DNA of 64,000 nucleotides, from contig CAVZJB010000016.1 in NCBI GenBank assembly GCA_963775425.1, positions 1,184,001 through 1,248,000 of the forward strand, in the 5' to 3' direction. This stretch comes from an uncultured delta proteobacterium (GTDB lineage Bacteria > Myxococcota > UBA727 > VGSZ01). Every line of letters begins with the position of its first letter. Within the stretch, counting starts at the first letter, position 1. A program made the position numbers and the translations under genes. Below the pieces are notes generated by a model. The model saw only the letters and a program-made list of their open reading frames with translations, made no database searches and had not been told where the DNA came from. Shown here piece after piece: positions 1-11,698 of this stretch.

Positions 1-3000
1 CGTGTCGCACTGTTCGTTGGCGCCGCACGTGCCCCCGCAGTCGGGGCGGCACTGGACGGTGCACGTGGCGGGGTCGCAGCGCTGCGAGGGATCGAGCGTC
101 CCCTGCCCGCAGTCGGCCGGGCACACGTAGCTGCACGTGGTCTGGTCCCAGACGAAGCCCGGGCCCGGCGACGGCGTCGTCGGCGTGTCCGAGCACGTCC
201 ACGCGCACGCCGCCTGATCGCAGACGAAGTCCGGTCCGGGCTGCGGCGATCCGCAGTCCGCCGGGCACTCGCAGGCGCACGTCGAGCCGTTGCACGTCGA
301 CGCGCCGTTGCAGCCGCCGCAGTCGGCGGGGCAACGGAACTCGCAGGTGGTCGGATCGCAGACGGCGCCCGGGCCCGGCGGCGCGGCGCCGCCGCAGTCC
401 GCCGGGCAGACGTAGTCGCACGTCGAGGGATCCCACTGGAAGTTGGGTCCGGGCGGCACCGATCCCGGCGGCGGGTCGGGGCACTCGTATTCACAGGTGA
501 GCGGGTTGCAGGTGAACCCCGGCCCCGGCGACGGCCCGCCGCAGTCCGCCGGGCACTCGCACGAGCACGTCGACGTGTTGCACTGGAAGTTGCCGTCACA
601 GAGCCCGCCGCAGTCGGGCGTGCAGACGAAGTCGCAGACCTGCGGGTTGGTGTCGCACGTGGTCCCGGGCGGCGCATCGCCGCTGCCGCAGCCGTCGCAC
701 TGGTACGTGCACGAGGTGGTGTCGCACGTCGAGAACGCGCTCGGCGGCGCCCCCGGGCACGCGTCGCAGACGTAGTCGCACGTCGGGCTCGCGCCCGTGT
801 CGTCGCAGGTGAAGCCCGGCCCCGGCGGCGGGCCGCCGCAATTCGCGGGGCACGAGCACGAGCACGACGCCGTGTCGCAGACCTCCGCGCCGGGACACCC
901 GCCGCAGTCGGGCAGGCACTGCGGGGTGCACGTCTGCGGGTCGCAGGTCTGCCCTGCGCCGAGCCCACCCGGCACGCCGCAGTCGGCGGGACACACACAC
1001 TGATCGTTCACGCAGACGAACGGCGACGAGCAGTTGCACTGCGGTTGACCGCCCTGCCCCTCGATCCAGTACTTGTAGCTGACGCTGATGCGCTTGCCGG
1101 CCTGGTCAAAGCCGGGGCGGCACGCGCCGAAGAACTGCACCGAGTTGGTGGTGCCGTCGTAGTCGAAGCCGTCGACGCGCGAGCGCGGGACCTCCTTGCA
1201 GCCGTTGGCGTCACAGCCGCACTCGCTGTTGCACTGCGACGCCGAGCCACCGTCGGCGAGGCAGGCGGTCTGACAGGAGCTCGTGCACTGCGCGGCGTCG
1301 ACGACCTCGGCGTCGGTGGCGATCTTGATGGTGGCCGAGACCGGCGGCTTGGTCAGCACGAACGGCGACGCCTGCGCGATGGACGAGCGCAGGATCTGGG
1401 AGATCTCGTCGCGGATGACCTCGGAGGGCGCGTTCAGGCAGTCGCCCCCGCCGGCGCCGGCGCAGTCGCCGTCGTTGTTGCACGCGGCGCCGCCGGTGAT
1501 GCAGGAGCCGGAGTTGTCCGCGGGGATGGCCGCCTCGATGCCGCCCATGTCCGACAGGAACTTCTGCCAGCGGGTGTTCATGTAGTTGCCGTTTTCGTCG
1601 GAGCAGTTGGTGCCGGCGGGGCACACGATGCCGTGGACCAGGACGCGCGAGGTGACCGGGTCGCCGGCGCCGTCGAAGTCCTGGAAGAACGTCTCCCACG
1701 CCGGCAGCGAGTGCAGCGCGATGGACTCGTTGACGGAGCCCTCGCTGTAGCGGCCGTCGGACTGCTCGTTGGCGTCGGTGATGAACACCACCACCACCTG
1801 CGCGCCGTCGCGGATCTTCTGATCGTCGACGACGCCGGCGGCGCTGCGCGGGAGCATCGGGAACGTCCCCGGCGGCGGATCGTAGGTGCTCGTGGCGGCG
1901 TACGAGGCGCGCGTGCCGTCGCGGCCGCAGGTCTCGCCGTCGAGGCCGCCGCCGAGCTCGCCGTTGGCGGTGTCGAGGCTCTGGTCGATGCCGTCGCCGT
2001 GGACGACGTTACCGGTGACGCAGGCGAACGGCCGGAAGAAGTTCTCTTCGCCGCTGCCGCGGGTGCCGAGGCCGCTCACGCAGTCCGACAGCGCCGCGGT
2101 GTCGGTGGTGAAGCGGCAGTACTTGGCCCGGTTGGTGTTGACGAAGTCGACGTTGTTCCAGTCGCCGAGCTTCTGTCCGGCGTTCCGACCGGAGCTCGAC
2201 ACGTTGTCGAGATCGCTGGTGATGACGGCGACGCGGAAGTCCACCGTGGACGCCGACAGCTGCGCGCCGATCTCCGCGCCCGACGCCGCCACCGCCTGCT
2301 GCTCGTTCCCCATGGAACCCGAGTTGTCGATGATGAGCAGGAAGTCCACGAGCTGCGGCGGCACCACGTCGAAGCGGTCGCACTGCGCGCCCTGGCTGTC
2401 GCCGAACTTGGCGATGGCCGAGCCGTTGGCGAGGTCGTCGACGCGGAAGAGCACGCGCTCGTCGCCGTTGACGCTGGCGGCGTTCGCCATGCTCATGACC
2501 ACGACGGTCTCGCCGCCGCTCCGGACGAGCACCTCGATCTGCAACGAGTACTGACCGGTCTCGGTGGAGCCCGCCGTGGACAAGAGCCCCGCCGGGCTGC
2601 CGCCGACCACGGCGGTGACGATGTCGTTCATGGACCTGGCGACGGTGTCGCCCGCCTGCGCGTCGGCCCAGACCACGCGCCCGATGACCGCGGGGAAGCC
2701 GTCCCACGTGGTGAACGACTGCGAGTTGAAGCTCACCACGGTGCCGACGCCGGCGGCGGCGATGGCCGCGCGGATGGTGTTGAGCTTGGCGGTGGCGTCG
2801 GCGCCGGCGAGGTCCTTTTGGAAGGCGGCGCCGGCCACCTGCGTGCCGTCGTCGAGCACCATGGCCCCGATGACGTTCCCGCCCGCCGCGTCCAGGAGCG
2901 TGGTGTCGGTGAACGTGGTGGGGGTGGCCAGCTCGAGGTTGGCGGTGGCGTCGGAGCGGGAGTCGACGAGGATGGGCTTGAGGTTCACCGCCGCGCACGC

Positions 3001-6000
3001 GTTGACGTCGCTGCCGGTGGCGTCGCCGCCGTTGTTCGGGTCGAGCTCGCCCGGGTCGACGGCGCCGTTCTGGTTGGCGTCTTCGGTGCCGTCGAGCACG
3101 CCGTCGCCGTCGGTGTCGCCGTTCAACGGGTTGGTGGTGGTGGCGCCCGCGTCGGCGTCCGTGACGCACAGGCCGTCGGTCACGCACTGCGGCGCGGTCT
3201 GCGGCAGCGGCGGCCCACCCGCGGCCGGCGACGGCGGCGCCGTGAGGTTCGTCAGGCACTGCGTGCCCGCCTCGAGCCCGTCGGTGAGGCCGTCGCCGTC
3301 GGTGTCGGGGTTCAGCGGATCGGTGCCGGCCGCGATCTCGGCGGCGTCGTTGAGGCCGTCGCAGTCGGTGTCGGGGCTCAAGGGATCGGTGTTGTCGAGC
3401 TGCACCTCTTCGCCGTCGTCGAGGCCGTCGCCGTCGGTGTCGGGGTTGAGCGGATCGGTGCCGAAGGTGTTGATCTCGTCGCCGTCGTCGAGCCCGTCGC
3501 CGTCGGTGTCGACGTTGGCGATACGCGGATCGGTCTCGCCGGCGTCGACGCGGCCGTTCTTGTTCAGGTCCTCACCCGCGGCGCACGTGCCGGCCACGGC
3601 GACGGGGCCGTCGCAGATGGCGTCGCCGTCGGTGTCCGCCGACGCGGGATCGGTCTCCTGCAGGCCGCCGGGGTTCGGCCCGGCCAGCGCGCCGTCCTGG
3701 TTCCTGTCCTCGGTGCCGTCGTTGATGCCGTCGCCGTCGGTGTCCGCCTTGAGCGGATCGGTGGTGGTGAGCGGGTCCGCGTCGAGCGGCGCGGCGGGAC
3801 AGTCGAGGGCGGTGGTGACGCCGAGCTCGAGGCCGTCTGTGAGGAGGTCGCCGTCGGTGTCTGCGCGCAGGGGGTTGGTGAGCGACGTGTTGCGCTCGAA
3901 GCCGTCGGAGAGCGCGTCGCAGTCCGTGTCCTGCTTGGTCGGATCGGTCTCGCCGGTGTCCACGCGGCCGTTGGCGTTTTTGTCCTCGCCGGCCACGCAC
4001 ACGCCGGCGACGGCGATGGCGCCGTCGCAGAGGCCGTCGCCGTCGGTGTCGGCGTTGTTGTCGCTGGTGCCGAGGAGCGCCTCGACGGTGGACAGCAGGC
4101 CGTCGCCGTCGGCGTCGACCTCGGGCACGCGCGGGTCGGTCTCGCCCGTGTCCACGGCGCCGTTGGCGTTCAGGTCCTCGCCCGCGGTGCACGTGCCGCC
4201 CACGGTGCGCGGGCCGTCGCAGCGGCCGTCGCCGTCGGTGTCCGCCGACGCGGGATCGGTCTCCTGGGTGCCGCCCGGGTTCGGCGCGCCGAGGGCGCCG
4301 TCGTGGTTTCGATCCTCGACGCCGTCGGGGATGCCGTCGCTGTCGGTGTCGGCGAGGGTGGGATCGGTGCCGGCCGCCGCCGGGTCGGCGTCGAGGACCA
4401 CGCCGGTGCAGCTCGTGCCGGCGACGGCGGTGGCGTGCGACGTCTCGACGCCGTCGGTGATGCCGTCGTGATCGCTGTCGGGGTTGCGCGGATCGGTGAA
4501 GGTGACGGCCCGCTCCTCGCCGTCCGGGACGCCGTCGCAGTCGGTGTCCGGCTCCTTGGGGTTTGTCTCGCCCGGGTCGAGCACGCCGTCGCCGTCGATG
4601 TCCTCGCCGGCGACGCAGGTGATGGCCCCCGACGACACGGTGCCCGCGCCGTCGCACAGGCCGTCGCCGTCGGTGTCGGGGTTCTGCGGGTCCGTGCCGA
4701 TGGCCAGCTCTTTGACGTCCGAGAGGCCGTCGCCGTCGCTGTCGGTGTCGGGGACGCGCGGATCGGTCTCGTTGGGACCGACGACGTTGTCGCCGTTGAA
4801 GTCCTCGCCCGCGACGCAGACGCCGGCGACGGTGGCGCCGCCGTCGCACAGGCCGTCGCCGTCGGTGTCCGGCACGGCGGGATCGGTCTCCTGCGCGCCG
4901 CCGGGGTTGGCGGCGGCCAACGCGCCGTCGTGGTTGAGGTCCTCGACGCCGTCGTTGAGGCCGTCGCCGTCGGTGTCGCGCTTGGTGGGATCGGTGAGGC
5001 TCGCGGGATCGGTGTCGATCTGCGCGAGGGTGCAGGCGGGGTCGGGTGACGAGACGGCGCCGCGCTCGAGGCCGTCGTTCAAGCCGTCGCCGTCGGTGTC
5101 GACGTCGAGGGGGTCGGTGCCGAGCGACACCTCGTCGGCGTCGGAGAGGCCGTCGCAGTCGGTGTCGGCGGACAGCGGGGAGCTCTCGCCGGGGTCGATG
5201 ACGCCGTTGGCGTTCGTGTCCTCGCCGGCGGTGCACACGCCGCTGACCGTGCCGGCGCCGTCGCAGAGGCCGTCGCCGTCGCTGTCGGGGTTTTGCGGAT
5301 CGGTGCCGTGGGCGGTCTCGAGGGCGTCCGGGATGCCGTCGCCGTCGCTGTCGATGGGGCCCGAGAGCGGGTCGAGCCCGAGGTCGAATTCGTCGCCGTC
5401 GGAGAGGCCGTCGCCGTCGGTGTCGGGGTTGAGCGGATCGGTGCCGATGATGCCCTCGAGGCCGTCGGACAGGCCGTCGCCGTCGGTGTCGGGGTTTTGC
5501 GGATCGGTCTCGCCCGGGTCGACGGCGCCGTTGCAGTTTTGGTCTTCGGCGCCGTCGGCCACGCCGTCGCCGTCGCTGTCGGTGCTGGTCGGGTCGGTCT
5601 CGCCGTCGTCCACGCGGCCGTTGTGGTTCTTGTCCTCGAGGCCGTCGTCGATGCAGTCGCCGTCGCTGTCGGCGACGGTGGGGTTGGTGGTGCTCGCGGG
5701 GTCGGCGTCGGCGGGGGTCTGCGCGCAACGATCGTCGATGGGCTCGGTGTGGCCGGCCTCGACGCCGTCGGGGATGCCGTCGCTGTCGGTGTCGGCGTCG
5801 GCGGGGTCGGTGGCGCCGCCGCCGGGCCAGGTGTCGCCGAACTCGTCCTCGTCGGAGATGCCGTCGCAGTCGGAGTCCACCGCGGCGTTTTGCTGGTTGT
5901 TCGGGTTCGGGTCGCCGACGAGGCCGGCGTCGGGGACGTCGCCCTCCCCTTCGCCCTCGCCCTCGCCTTCGCCCTCCCCCTCGCCCTCCGCCGGCGTGGC

Positions 6001-6150
6001 CGGCGCGCACTGCCCGCCGCCGCACGTGAGGCCGGTCCCGCAGTCGGCGTCCGTCGTGCACGTCGAGCCGACGGCGCCGCCGCCGCAGGTGCAGGCGGCG
6101 AAGGGCGCGAGGGCGAGCACGGCGGCGAGCAGGGCACGGGTCAGCGGCAT
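1..6150 (-). CDS. cglD: Giant CglD-like surface lipoprotein/adhesin (partial, runs off the window start, >2050 aa): signal peptide+Cys, (EG)8, many Ca-binding DxDxDG/TSP3-like repeats, vWA domain, Cys-rich C-terminal repeats
   Basis: ATG at 6150 gives [25 protein letters not shown]; then [23 protein letters not shown] and repeated [16 protein letters not shown]; vWA MIDAS '[13 protein letters not shown]' near 2310-2346; CPADCGG/WDxxTC repeats below about 1040. The frame reads open to base 1, which is why it is absent from the ORF track; the + strand ORFs here are antisense shadows. The cglD name is inferred from architecture. Confidence 0.8.
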   Translation of the reverse strand, partial: MPLTRALLAAVLALAPFAACTCGGGAVGSTCTTDADCGTGLTCGGGQCAPATPAEGEGEGEGEGEGEGEGDVPDAGLVGDPNPNNQQNAAVDSDCDGISDEDEFGDTWPGGGATDPADADTDSDGIPDGVEAGHTEPIDDRCAQTPADADPASTTNPTVADSDGDCIDDGLEDKNHNGRVDDGETDPTSTDSDGDGVADGAEDQNCNGAVDPGETDPQNPDTDGDGLSDGLEGIIGTDPLNPDTDGDGLSDGDEFDLGLDPLSGPIDSDGDGIPDALETAHGTDPQNPDSDGDGLCDGAGTVSGVCTAGEDTNANGVIDPGESSPLSADTDCDGLSDADEVSLGTDPLDVDTDGDGLNDGLERGAVSSPDPACTLAQIDTDPASLTDPTKRDTDGDGLNDGVEDLNHDGALAAANPGGAQETDPAVPDTDGDGLCDGGATVAGVCVAGEDFNGDNVVGPNETDPRVPDTDSDGDGLSDVKELAIGTDPQNPDTDGDGLCDGAGTVSSGAITCVAGEDIDGDGVLDPGETNPKEPDTDCDGVPDGEERAVTFTDPRNPDSDHDGITDGVETSHATAVAGTSCTGVVLDADPAAAGTDPTLADTDSDGIPDGVEDRNHDGALGAPNPGGTQETDPASADTDGDGRCDGPRTVGGTCTAGEDLNANGAVDTGETDPRVPEVDADGDGLLSTVEALLGTSDNNADTDGDGLCDGAIAVAGVCVAGEDKNANGRVDTGETDPTKQDTDCDALSDGFERNTSLTNPLRADTDGDLLTDGLELGVTTALDCPAAPLDADPLTTTDPLKADTDGDGINDGTEDRNQDGALAGPNPGGLQETDPASADTDGDAICDGPVAVAGTCAAGEDLNKNGRVDAGETDPRIANVDTDGDGLDDGDEINTFGTDPLNPDTDGDGLDDGEEVQLDNTDPLSPDTDCDGLNDAAEIAAGTDPLNPDTDGDGLTDGLEAGTQCLTNLTAPPSPAAGGPPLPQTAPQCVTDGLCVTDADAGATTTNPLNGDTDGDGVLDGTEDANQNGAVDPGELDPNNGGDATGSDVNACAAVNLKPILVDSRSDATANLELATPTTFTDTTLLDAAGGNVIGAMVLDDGTQVAGAAFQKDLAGADATAKLNTIRAAIAAAGVGTVVSFNSQSFTTWDGFPAVIGRVVWADAQAGDTVARSMNDIVTAVVGGSPAGLLSTAGSTETGQYSLQIEVLVRSGGETVVVMSMANAASVNGDERVLFRVDDLANGSAIAKFGDSQGAQCDRFDVVPPQLVDFLLIIDNSGSMGNEQQAVAASGAEIGAQLSASTVDFRVAVITSDLDNVSSSGRNAGQKLGDWNNVDFVNTNRAKYCRFTTDTAALSDCVSGLGTRGSGEENFFRPFACVTGNVVHGDGIDQSLDTANGELGGGLDGETCGRDGTRASYAATSTYDPPPGTFPMLPRSAAGVVDDQKIRDGAQVVVVFITDANEQSDGRYSEGSVNESIALHSLPAWETFFQDFDGAGDPVTSRVLVHGIVCPAGTNCSDENGNYMNTRWQKFLSDMGGIEAAIPADNSGSCITGGAACNNDGDCAGAGGGDCLNAPSEVIRDEISQILRSSIAQASPFVLTKPPVSATIKIATDAEVVDAAQCTSSCQTACLADGGSASQCNSECGCDANGCKEVPRSRVDGFDYDGTTNSVQFFGACRPGFDQAGKRISVSYKYWIEGQGGQPQCNCSSPFVCVNDQCVCPADCGVPGGLGAGQTCDPQTCTPQCLPDCGGCPGAEVCDTASCSCSCPANCGGPPPGPGFTCDDTGASPTCDYVCDACPGAPPSAFSTCDTTSCTYQCDGCGSGDAPPGTTCDTNPQVCDFVCTPDCGGLCDGNFQCNTSTCSCECPADCGGPSPGPGFTCNPLTCEYECPDPPPGSVPPGPNFQWDPSTCDYVCPADCGGAAPPGPGAVCDPTTCEFRCPADCGGCNGASTCNGSTCACECPADCGSPQPGPDFVCDQAACAWTCSDTPTTPSPGPGFVWDQTTCSYVCPADCGQGTLDPSQRCDPATCTVQCRPDCGGTCGANEQCDT

Positions 6151-6221
6151 GAACACTCCGAAAGCACGTGGACCACAAATGTTACTGGACGAGGCCGATC
6201 GCGCGATCGAGCTTTCTCGGC

Positions 6222-7217
6222 GTGTCTCGAAACGACGACGCCGGGCCCCAGGCAGCGTTCGGGGATCCGCGCGCGGTGTGCACGCGCTTTCGCGTGCCGC
6301 CCGACTGCGACGGAAAAACACCCGCAGCGGTGCTCGCGCACAAGGTGCGCCGGCTGGGGCTCGAGCGTGCCGCGAGCGTCGTCGCCGGCGGTGATCTGCG
6401 CGTCGCCGACGGCGACGCGAGCCGCCCCGCGCTCGCGGACGAAGCCCTGCGGCGCGGCACGCTGCTGGAGCTGTGGCGGATGCCGCCCGACAGCGTCCCC
6501 GGCCCCGAGGAGCCCGCCCCCCGCGTCATCGCGCGCCGCGGATCGCCGGGCGCGGACGAGGTCGTCGTCGTCGACAAGCCCGGCGACCTCGCGGTCCACC
6601 CGTCGGCGCGCTACCTCCACCACACGCTCACCGGGTGGCTGCGCCGCGAGGGCATCGACGCCAACCCCTGCCACCGCCTCGACCGCGAGACCAGCGGTGT
6701 CCTCGTCTGCGCGTGCGGCGCCGACGAGGTGCGCTGGAAGACGGCGTTTTCGAAGGGGCGCGTCGACAAGGTGTACCTCGCCGTGGTGCGCGGGCTGCCG
6801 CCGGCGTCGTTCACCGTCGACGCCGCGCTCGCGCTCCAGGGCGATCGCGGCCTCGTGCGCATCCGCATGGTCGCCGGCGACGAGGCCGACGGCGCCAAGC
6901 CCGCCCGCACCGACGTCGAGCTCGTGCGCACCGACGGCGCGCGGTCCCTGGTCCGCTGCCTGCCGCGCACGGGGAGGCAACACCAGATCCGCGCGCACCT
7001 CGCCATCGCCGGCTTCCCCATCGTCGGCGACAAGCTCTACGCGATGGGCGACGCGTGGTTCGACGCATTCACCCGGCGCGCGCTGACGGACGAAGAGCGC
7101 GCCGCCCTCGAGCACCCGCGGCAGGCGCTGCACGCGCTGCGCGTCTCGCTCACGGACGAGGTCTACGAGGCGCCGCTGCCCGCCGAGCTCGACGCGCTCG
7201 TGCTTCCGTCGAGCTGA
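6222..7217 (+). CDS. RluA/RluD-family RNA pseudouridine synthase
   Basis: [11 protein letters not shown], catalytic [36 protein letters not shown] motifs. Start uncertain (GTG 6222 or 6168). Confidence 0.93.
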   Translation: MSRNDDAGPQAAFGDPRAVCTRFRVPPDCDGKTPAAVLAHKVRRLGLERAASVVAGGDLRVADGDASRPALADEALRRGTLLELWRMPPDSVPGPEEPAPRVIARRGSPGADEVVVVDKPGDLAVHPSARYLHHTLTGWLRREGIDANPCHRLDRETSGVLVCACGADEVRWKTAFSKGRVDKVYLAVVRGLPPASFTVDAALALQGDRGLVRIRMVAGDEADGAKPARTDVELVRTDGARSLVRCLPRTGRQHQIRAHLAIAGFPIVGDKLYAMGDAWFDAFTRRALTDEERAALEHPRQALHALRVSLTDEVYEAPLPAELDALVLPSS

Positions 7218-8452
7218 GCACCCGCGCCCGGAGCGTCGTCGACGCGCCGCACGAGCCACAGCGCGACGGGGAGCGCGGCGACGGAGACGCCGGCGCCGGC
7301 GAGATACGGCGTGGCCGTCCCCGCCGCGAGCAAGGTCGCGCCGATGAGCGGGCCGAGCGACCCGCCGACGTCGCCGCAGAGCTGAAAGAGGCCGACGGCC
7401 GCGCCGCGGTGCTGCGCGTCGACGAGCTCGCCGAGGAGCGCGAGCAGCGCGGAGCCGATCGCGCCCGCGCCCGCGGCGAGCGCGAACAGGCCCGCGCACA
7501 TGCCGGCGAGCCCCGGCGCCCACGCGACGATCACGAGGCCCGCGGTGAGCGACACGACGCCGGCCGCCGCCAACCGCGCGTGGTGCCGGCGGCGCGTCGC
7601 CAGGCGCGATGCCGCGAGCATGGTGAGCGCCGTGACGACGACGAAGCCGCCCATCAGCACGCTCGCGGTGATGTTGCTCCCGAGCGAGCCGAACGAAAGC
7701 GCGCGCGCCGCGACCACCAGCGCCAGCGTCGTCAGCATCAGCCCCTGCGCCGCGAACGAGGACGACGCGTTCAACAGACCCACCGCCGCCAGGCGCCGAT
7801 CGGACAGCGAACGCAGCACCACCCTGATCGGCGCGCGCGCCGCCGGCGGCGCGCGGATGTCGGGGACGAGCCAGAAGGCGAGGCCGCCGGCGGCGACGAT
7901 GGCGACCATCGCGGACTCGAACGTCGCGGCGTTGCCGAAGCGCTCCGACATCACGCCGCCGACGACGAGCCCGGCGGGCAGGCCGACCGTGATGGCGCCG
8001 CGCACCTGCGCCGCCGCGCGCCCCCCGAAGCGCTGCCCGCCGGCGTGCAGCGCGAGCGCCTGGCCCGAGACGAACACCGCCGCCGAGCCGGGGCCGTGCA
8101 GCGCCCGCCCGACGAGGAAGAACAGGCCGGGCCGCCCGGTGGTGACCCCGAGGAGGAAGAAGCCGAGGACGGCGAGCTGGATGACGAGGCCACCGAGCAG
8201 CAGGCGGCGGCCGCCGAGGCGATCGGAGAGGGTGCCGACGATGGGCGCGGTGAGCACGCGCCCTGCGCGGTTGGCGGCGAGGATGGCGCCGATGAGCCAC
8301 AAGGGGAGCCCGGCGTGTCTGCCGACGATGGGCAGGATGGGGAACGCGATGCCGCCGGCGACGCCGACGAGGAAGGCGCCCGGCGCGAGGGCGAGCGCGG
8401 TGCGATCTGCGCGCCGGCGCTGGGCGGCGACGTCGACGTCGCCGCCGGACAT
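7163..8452 (-). CDS. MFS transporter
   Basis: 429 aa, about 12 hydrophobic segments, motif A 'GTLSDRLGGRR'; 3' end overlaps the convergent RluA gene. Confidence 0.9.
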   Translation of the reverse strand: MSGGDVDVAAQRRRADRTALALAPGAFLVGVAGGIAFPILPIVGRHAGLPLWLIGAILAANRAGRVLTAPIVGTLSDRLGGRRLLLGGLVIQLAVLGFFLLGVTTGRPGLFFLVGRALHGPGSAAVFVSGQALALHAGGQRFGGRAAAQVRGAITVGLPAGLVVGGVMSERFGNAATFESAMVAIVAAGGLAFWLVPDIRAPPAARAPIRVVLRSLSDRRLAAVGLLNASSSFAAQGLMLTTLALVVAARALSFGSLGSNITASVLMGGFVVVTALTMLAASRLATRRRHHARLAAAGVVSLTAGLVIVAWAPGLAGMCAGLFALAAGAGAIGSALLALLGELVDAQHRGAAVGLFQLCGDVGGSLGPLIGATLLAAGTATPYLAGAGVSVAALPVALWLVRRVDDAPGAGAQLDGSTSASSSAGSGAS

Positions 8453-9057
8453 CAGGTCCAGGAGCCGCGAAAGCGCGCGTGCGTGTCGGTGACCTCCTCG
8501 AGCTCGAACCTCACGTGCTTGCCGCCGGCGACCTCGACCGCGCCGCGGAAGGCCGTGGTGTACGCGCGCGCGAGCAGCTCGGTGACGAGGCCCGCCGGGT
8601 AGCTGACGACGAGGGCGACGTCGCTTTGCCCGCGCGGCTCCGACGTGAGCTCGACGCCGCCGCGGTGGAAGCGCTCCCAGCGCGACGCGGCGCCGGCGAG
8701 CACCGCTTGCGGGCGCAGGACCTTGAACAACACCCGGTACGCCACGCTGCTGATGAGCGCCTTGTTCCGGCGATACGCGTACGCGATGAAGGCGTCATCG
8801 TCGGGGAAGTGGGCGTCGGCGAGCGCCATGTAGAGCGCCGTCGCCCGGCACTCGGGCATCCACGTGTTGATGGGCGGCGGGCGCGCGATGATGTCCTGCA
8901 GCGGGCCGGGGAGGCGCGCAGCGTGCTGCGCGAGCGAGTGCGTGTCGTCGAAGAACGCGTGGTAGACGCTCGCCTTGTGCTCGGCCTGCAGGTACGAGTC
9001 GAGGCCGCTTGGGAGCCCTGCGAGGTACGCTTCGAGACGGGGAAACGCCGTGCCCAC
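8452..9057 (-). CDS. Hypothetical protein, resembles myxobacterial DUF2378/TIGR02265-like family
   Basis: 201 aa with typical codon usage, abutting the MFS start; 'PPPINTWMPE...YRVLFKVLRP...WERFHRG' pattern. Family assignment is from memory. Confidence 0.65.
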   Translation of the reverse strand: MGTAFPRLEAYLAGLPSGLDSYLQAEHKASVYHAFFDDTHSLAQHAARLPGPLQDIIARPPPINTWMPECRATALYMALADAHFPDDDAFIAYAYRRNKALISSVAYRVLFKVLRPQAVLAGAASRWERFHRGGVELTSEPRGQSDVALVVSYPAGLVTELLARAYTTAFRGAVEVAGGKHVRFELEEVTDTHARFRGSWT

Positions 9058-9100
9058 AGCCGCACGCTAACACGACGCCGCGCGCGGCTCGTCGCGCGGG

Positions 9101-9835
<735 letters not shown>

Positions 9836-9928
9836 CCATGCGCGGCGAGGGGGGCTCAATGCGCAACGAGGGGGGCGATCCATGGCGGTGCAGCATAGGC
9901 GGCAGGGCCGCGGTCGGGCCAACCGGCC

Positions 9929-10071
9929 TCGAGCGGGGGCGTCGAGCGGGGGCGTCGAGCGGGGGCGTCGAGCGGGGGCGTCGAGCGGGGGCGTCGAGCG
10001 GGGGCGTCGAGCGGGGGCGTCGAGCGGGGGCGTCGAGCGGGGGCGTCGAGCGGGGGCGTCGAGCGGGGGCG
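9929..10071. repeat. Intergenic 13-bp perfect tandem repeat (TCGAGCGGGGGCG) x11
   Basis: 143 bp = 11 identical units with no spacers, between the nth stop and the lipoprotein start. Confidence 0.97.
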
Positions 10072-10166
10072 TGCGCGTGAGCGGAGCGCCGCAGCGCTCG
10101 CCGGACACGTGACCGCTCGCCATCACGCTGAGCCGCGAACGCCCGCGGCACCCTGACCGGTGTTCC

Positions 10167-10823
10167 CTAGAGGGACCGCGTGACGCCGATCTTCTTGCAG
10201 TCCTTCTCCACGGGACACTCGTGGCAGCGCGGGAGCCTCGCGTTGCAGATCCGGCGGCCGTGCCAGATGAAGGTGTGGTGCGCTTCGAGCAAGCGCGCGC
10301 GCGGCAGGAGCGCCGTGAGGTCCGCCTCGACCTTGTCGGGATCGGTGTTCTTCGTGAGCCCCAGCCGCCGGGTGACGCGGCCGACGTGGGTGTCGACGGC
10401 GATGGCCGGCTCGCCGAAGCAATTGGCGACGATGACGGCCGCGGACTTGCTCCCGACGCCCGGCAGCTCCTCGAGGAGCGCGCGCGCGCGCGGCACCTCG
10501 CCGGCGTGCTCGGCGACCACCTTGCGCGCGGCGCCGACGAGCGCCTTGGCCTTGTTGCGGTACAGGCCCAGGGTCTTGATGTACGGCTCGACGTCACCCG
10601 GGGCGGCGGCGGCGAACGCGTGCACGTCGGGGAACGCCGCGAACAGCGCGGGCGTGGCCTTGTTGACGCCGGCGTCGGTGGACTGCGCCGAGAGCACCAC
10701 GGCGACGAGGAGCTGCCACGGGTCCTCGTCGGCATAGTCGAGCTCGATCCTCGCTTCGGGGAAGCGCGCCTTGAGCTTGTCGAGGATGCGCACCGCGCGC
10801 GCGCGTTGCTTCTCTGTCGGCAC
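10167..10823 (-). CDS. nth: Endonuclease III
   Basis: LLVAVVLSAQSTD, HhH 'LPGVGSKSA', AVDTHV, 4Fe-4S motif C-x6-C-x2-C-x5-C (CNARLPRCHECPVEKDC); GTG start at 10823. Confidence 0.96.
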   Translation of the reverse strand: MPTEKQRARAVRILDKLKARFPEARIELDYADEDPWQLLVAVVLSAQSTDAGVNKATPALFAAFPDVHAFAAAAPGDVEPYIKTLGLYRNKAKALVGAARKVVAEHAGEVPRARALLEELPGVGSKSAAVIVANCFGEPAIAVDTHVGRVTRRLGLTKNTDPDKVEADLTALLPRARLLEAHHTFIWHGRRICNARLPRCHECPVEKDCKKIGVTRSL

Positions 10824-10901
10824 GGCCGCCTTGTATCGTCCGACGCGCGCACCACAAGGGATCGCCCGACGCCGGGCCTCGCGCGGCGGTAGCCTCGAGC
10901 C

Positions 10902-11450
10902 ATGTCGCCGCTCATCCACGCCGAGGTCGGGTGGCTCATCGCGCAACCCCTGCCGCGCCGGCGCGACCGCGTCGTCGTCACCGTCGCGAGCGTCATCCCC
11001 GACGTCGACGGCCTCGGGCTCGTGGTCAGCGAGCAGCTCTACGCCGACTGGCACCACCGCCTCGCCCACGGCGTCATCGCCGCCGTCGTCGTCACCCTCG
11101 CCGCCGCCGCCGTCTGCTCACCCCGAAGCCGGCTCGCCGCAGCGGGCCTCGCGCTGCTCGCGTTGCATTCCCACATCGCCATGGACCTGTGCGGCTCCGG
11201 CCCCGGCTGGCCCATCGTCTACCTCTGGCCATTTTCGGAGACCGCGTGGCTGCCGTCGTGGCAGTGGGACCTGGCGTCCTGGCAAAACGCCGTGTTCGGC
11301 CTCGCCGTGACCCTGTCGTGCGTCGGCGCCGCCGCCGTCCTCGGCCGCACCCCCGTGGAGCTGTTCTCGCTGCGAGCGGACGCGCGCGTGGTGGCCACGG
11401 TGCGCGCGCGGCTCAAGCGACCGGCCGCCGCTTCTTCTTCTTCTTCTTGA
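10902..11450 (+). CDS. Membrane-bound metal-dependent hydrolase (YdjM-like)
   Basis: N-terminal His, 'PDVD', 'HHRLAH', 'SHIAMD', 'YLWPFS' motifs with hydrophobic segments. Confidence 0.85.
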   Translation: MSPLIHAEVGWLIAQPLPRRRDRVVVTVASVIPDVDGLGLVVSEQLYADWHHRLAHGVIAAVVVTLAAAAVCSPRSRLAAAGLALLALHSHIAMDLCGSGPGWPIVYLWPFSETAWLPSWQWDLASWQNAVFGLAVTLSCVGAAAVLGRTPVELFSLRADARVVATVRARLKRPAAASSSSS

Positions 11451-11646
11451 AGCCCTCGAACTCGAACTTCACCTGGTACGCGCTCACGTTGCCGCACGAG
11501 ATGCAGATGAAGTGGTGGATGTCGACGCCACCGAGCTGAAGGAACGGATCGATGTCGCCCCAGTGGCGGCCGCCGACGCCCTCGGAGATGGCGGTCTTTC
11601 GCTGCATGAAGCCCTCACAACGAGGACACAGCGAGCGCGGGCGCAT
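11413..11646 (-). CDS. Small zinc-ribbon-like protein with poly-Lys tail
   Basis: CPRC...CISC pair and a KKKKKKRR C-terminus; 77 aa from ATG 11646 (alternative start 11661). Confidence 0.65.
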   Translation of the reverse strand: MRPRSLCPRCEGFMQRKTAISEGVGGRHWGDIDPFLQLGGVDIHHFICISCGNVSAYQVKFEFEGFKKKKKKRRPVA

Positions 11647-11698
11647 GCGGCGATGGAGCATTTCGCCCCAGCATAGCGACTTCGGGCCGGATGGTGGC

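Noticed and set aside
1045-5049. 1334-aa + strand ORF and similar long ORFs (5293-7086, 18730-20943, 23184-25499, 34116-36968, 56800-62658)
   Set aside because: Antisense or alternate-frame shadows of real genes in high-GC DNA; no motifs, Arg/Ala/Val-biased composition.
9929-10071. Possible CRISPR array
   Set aside because: Head-to-tail 13-bp units with no unique spacers and no cas genes.
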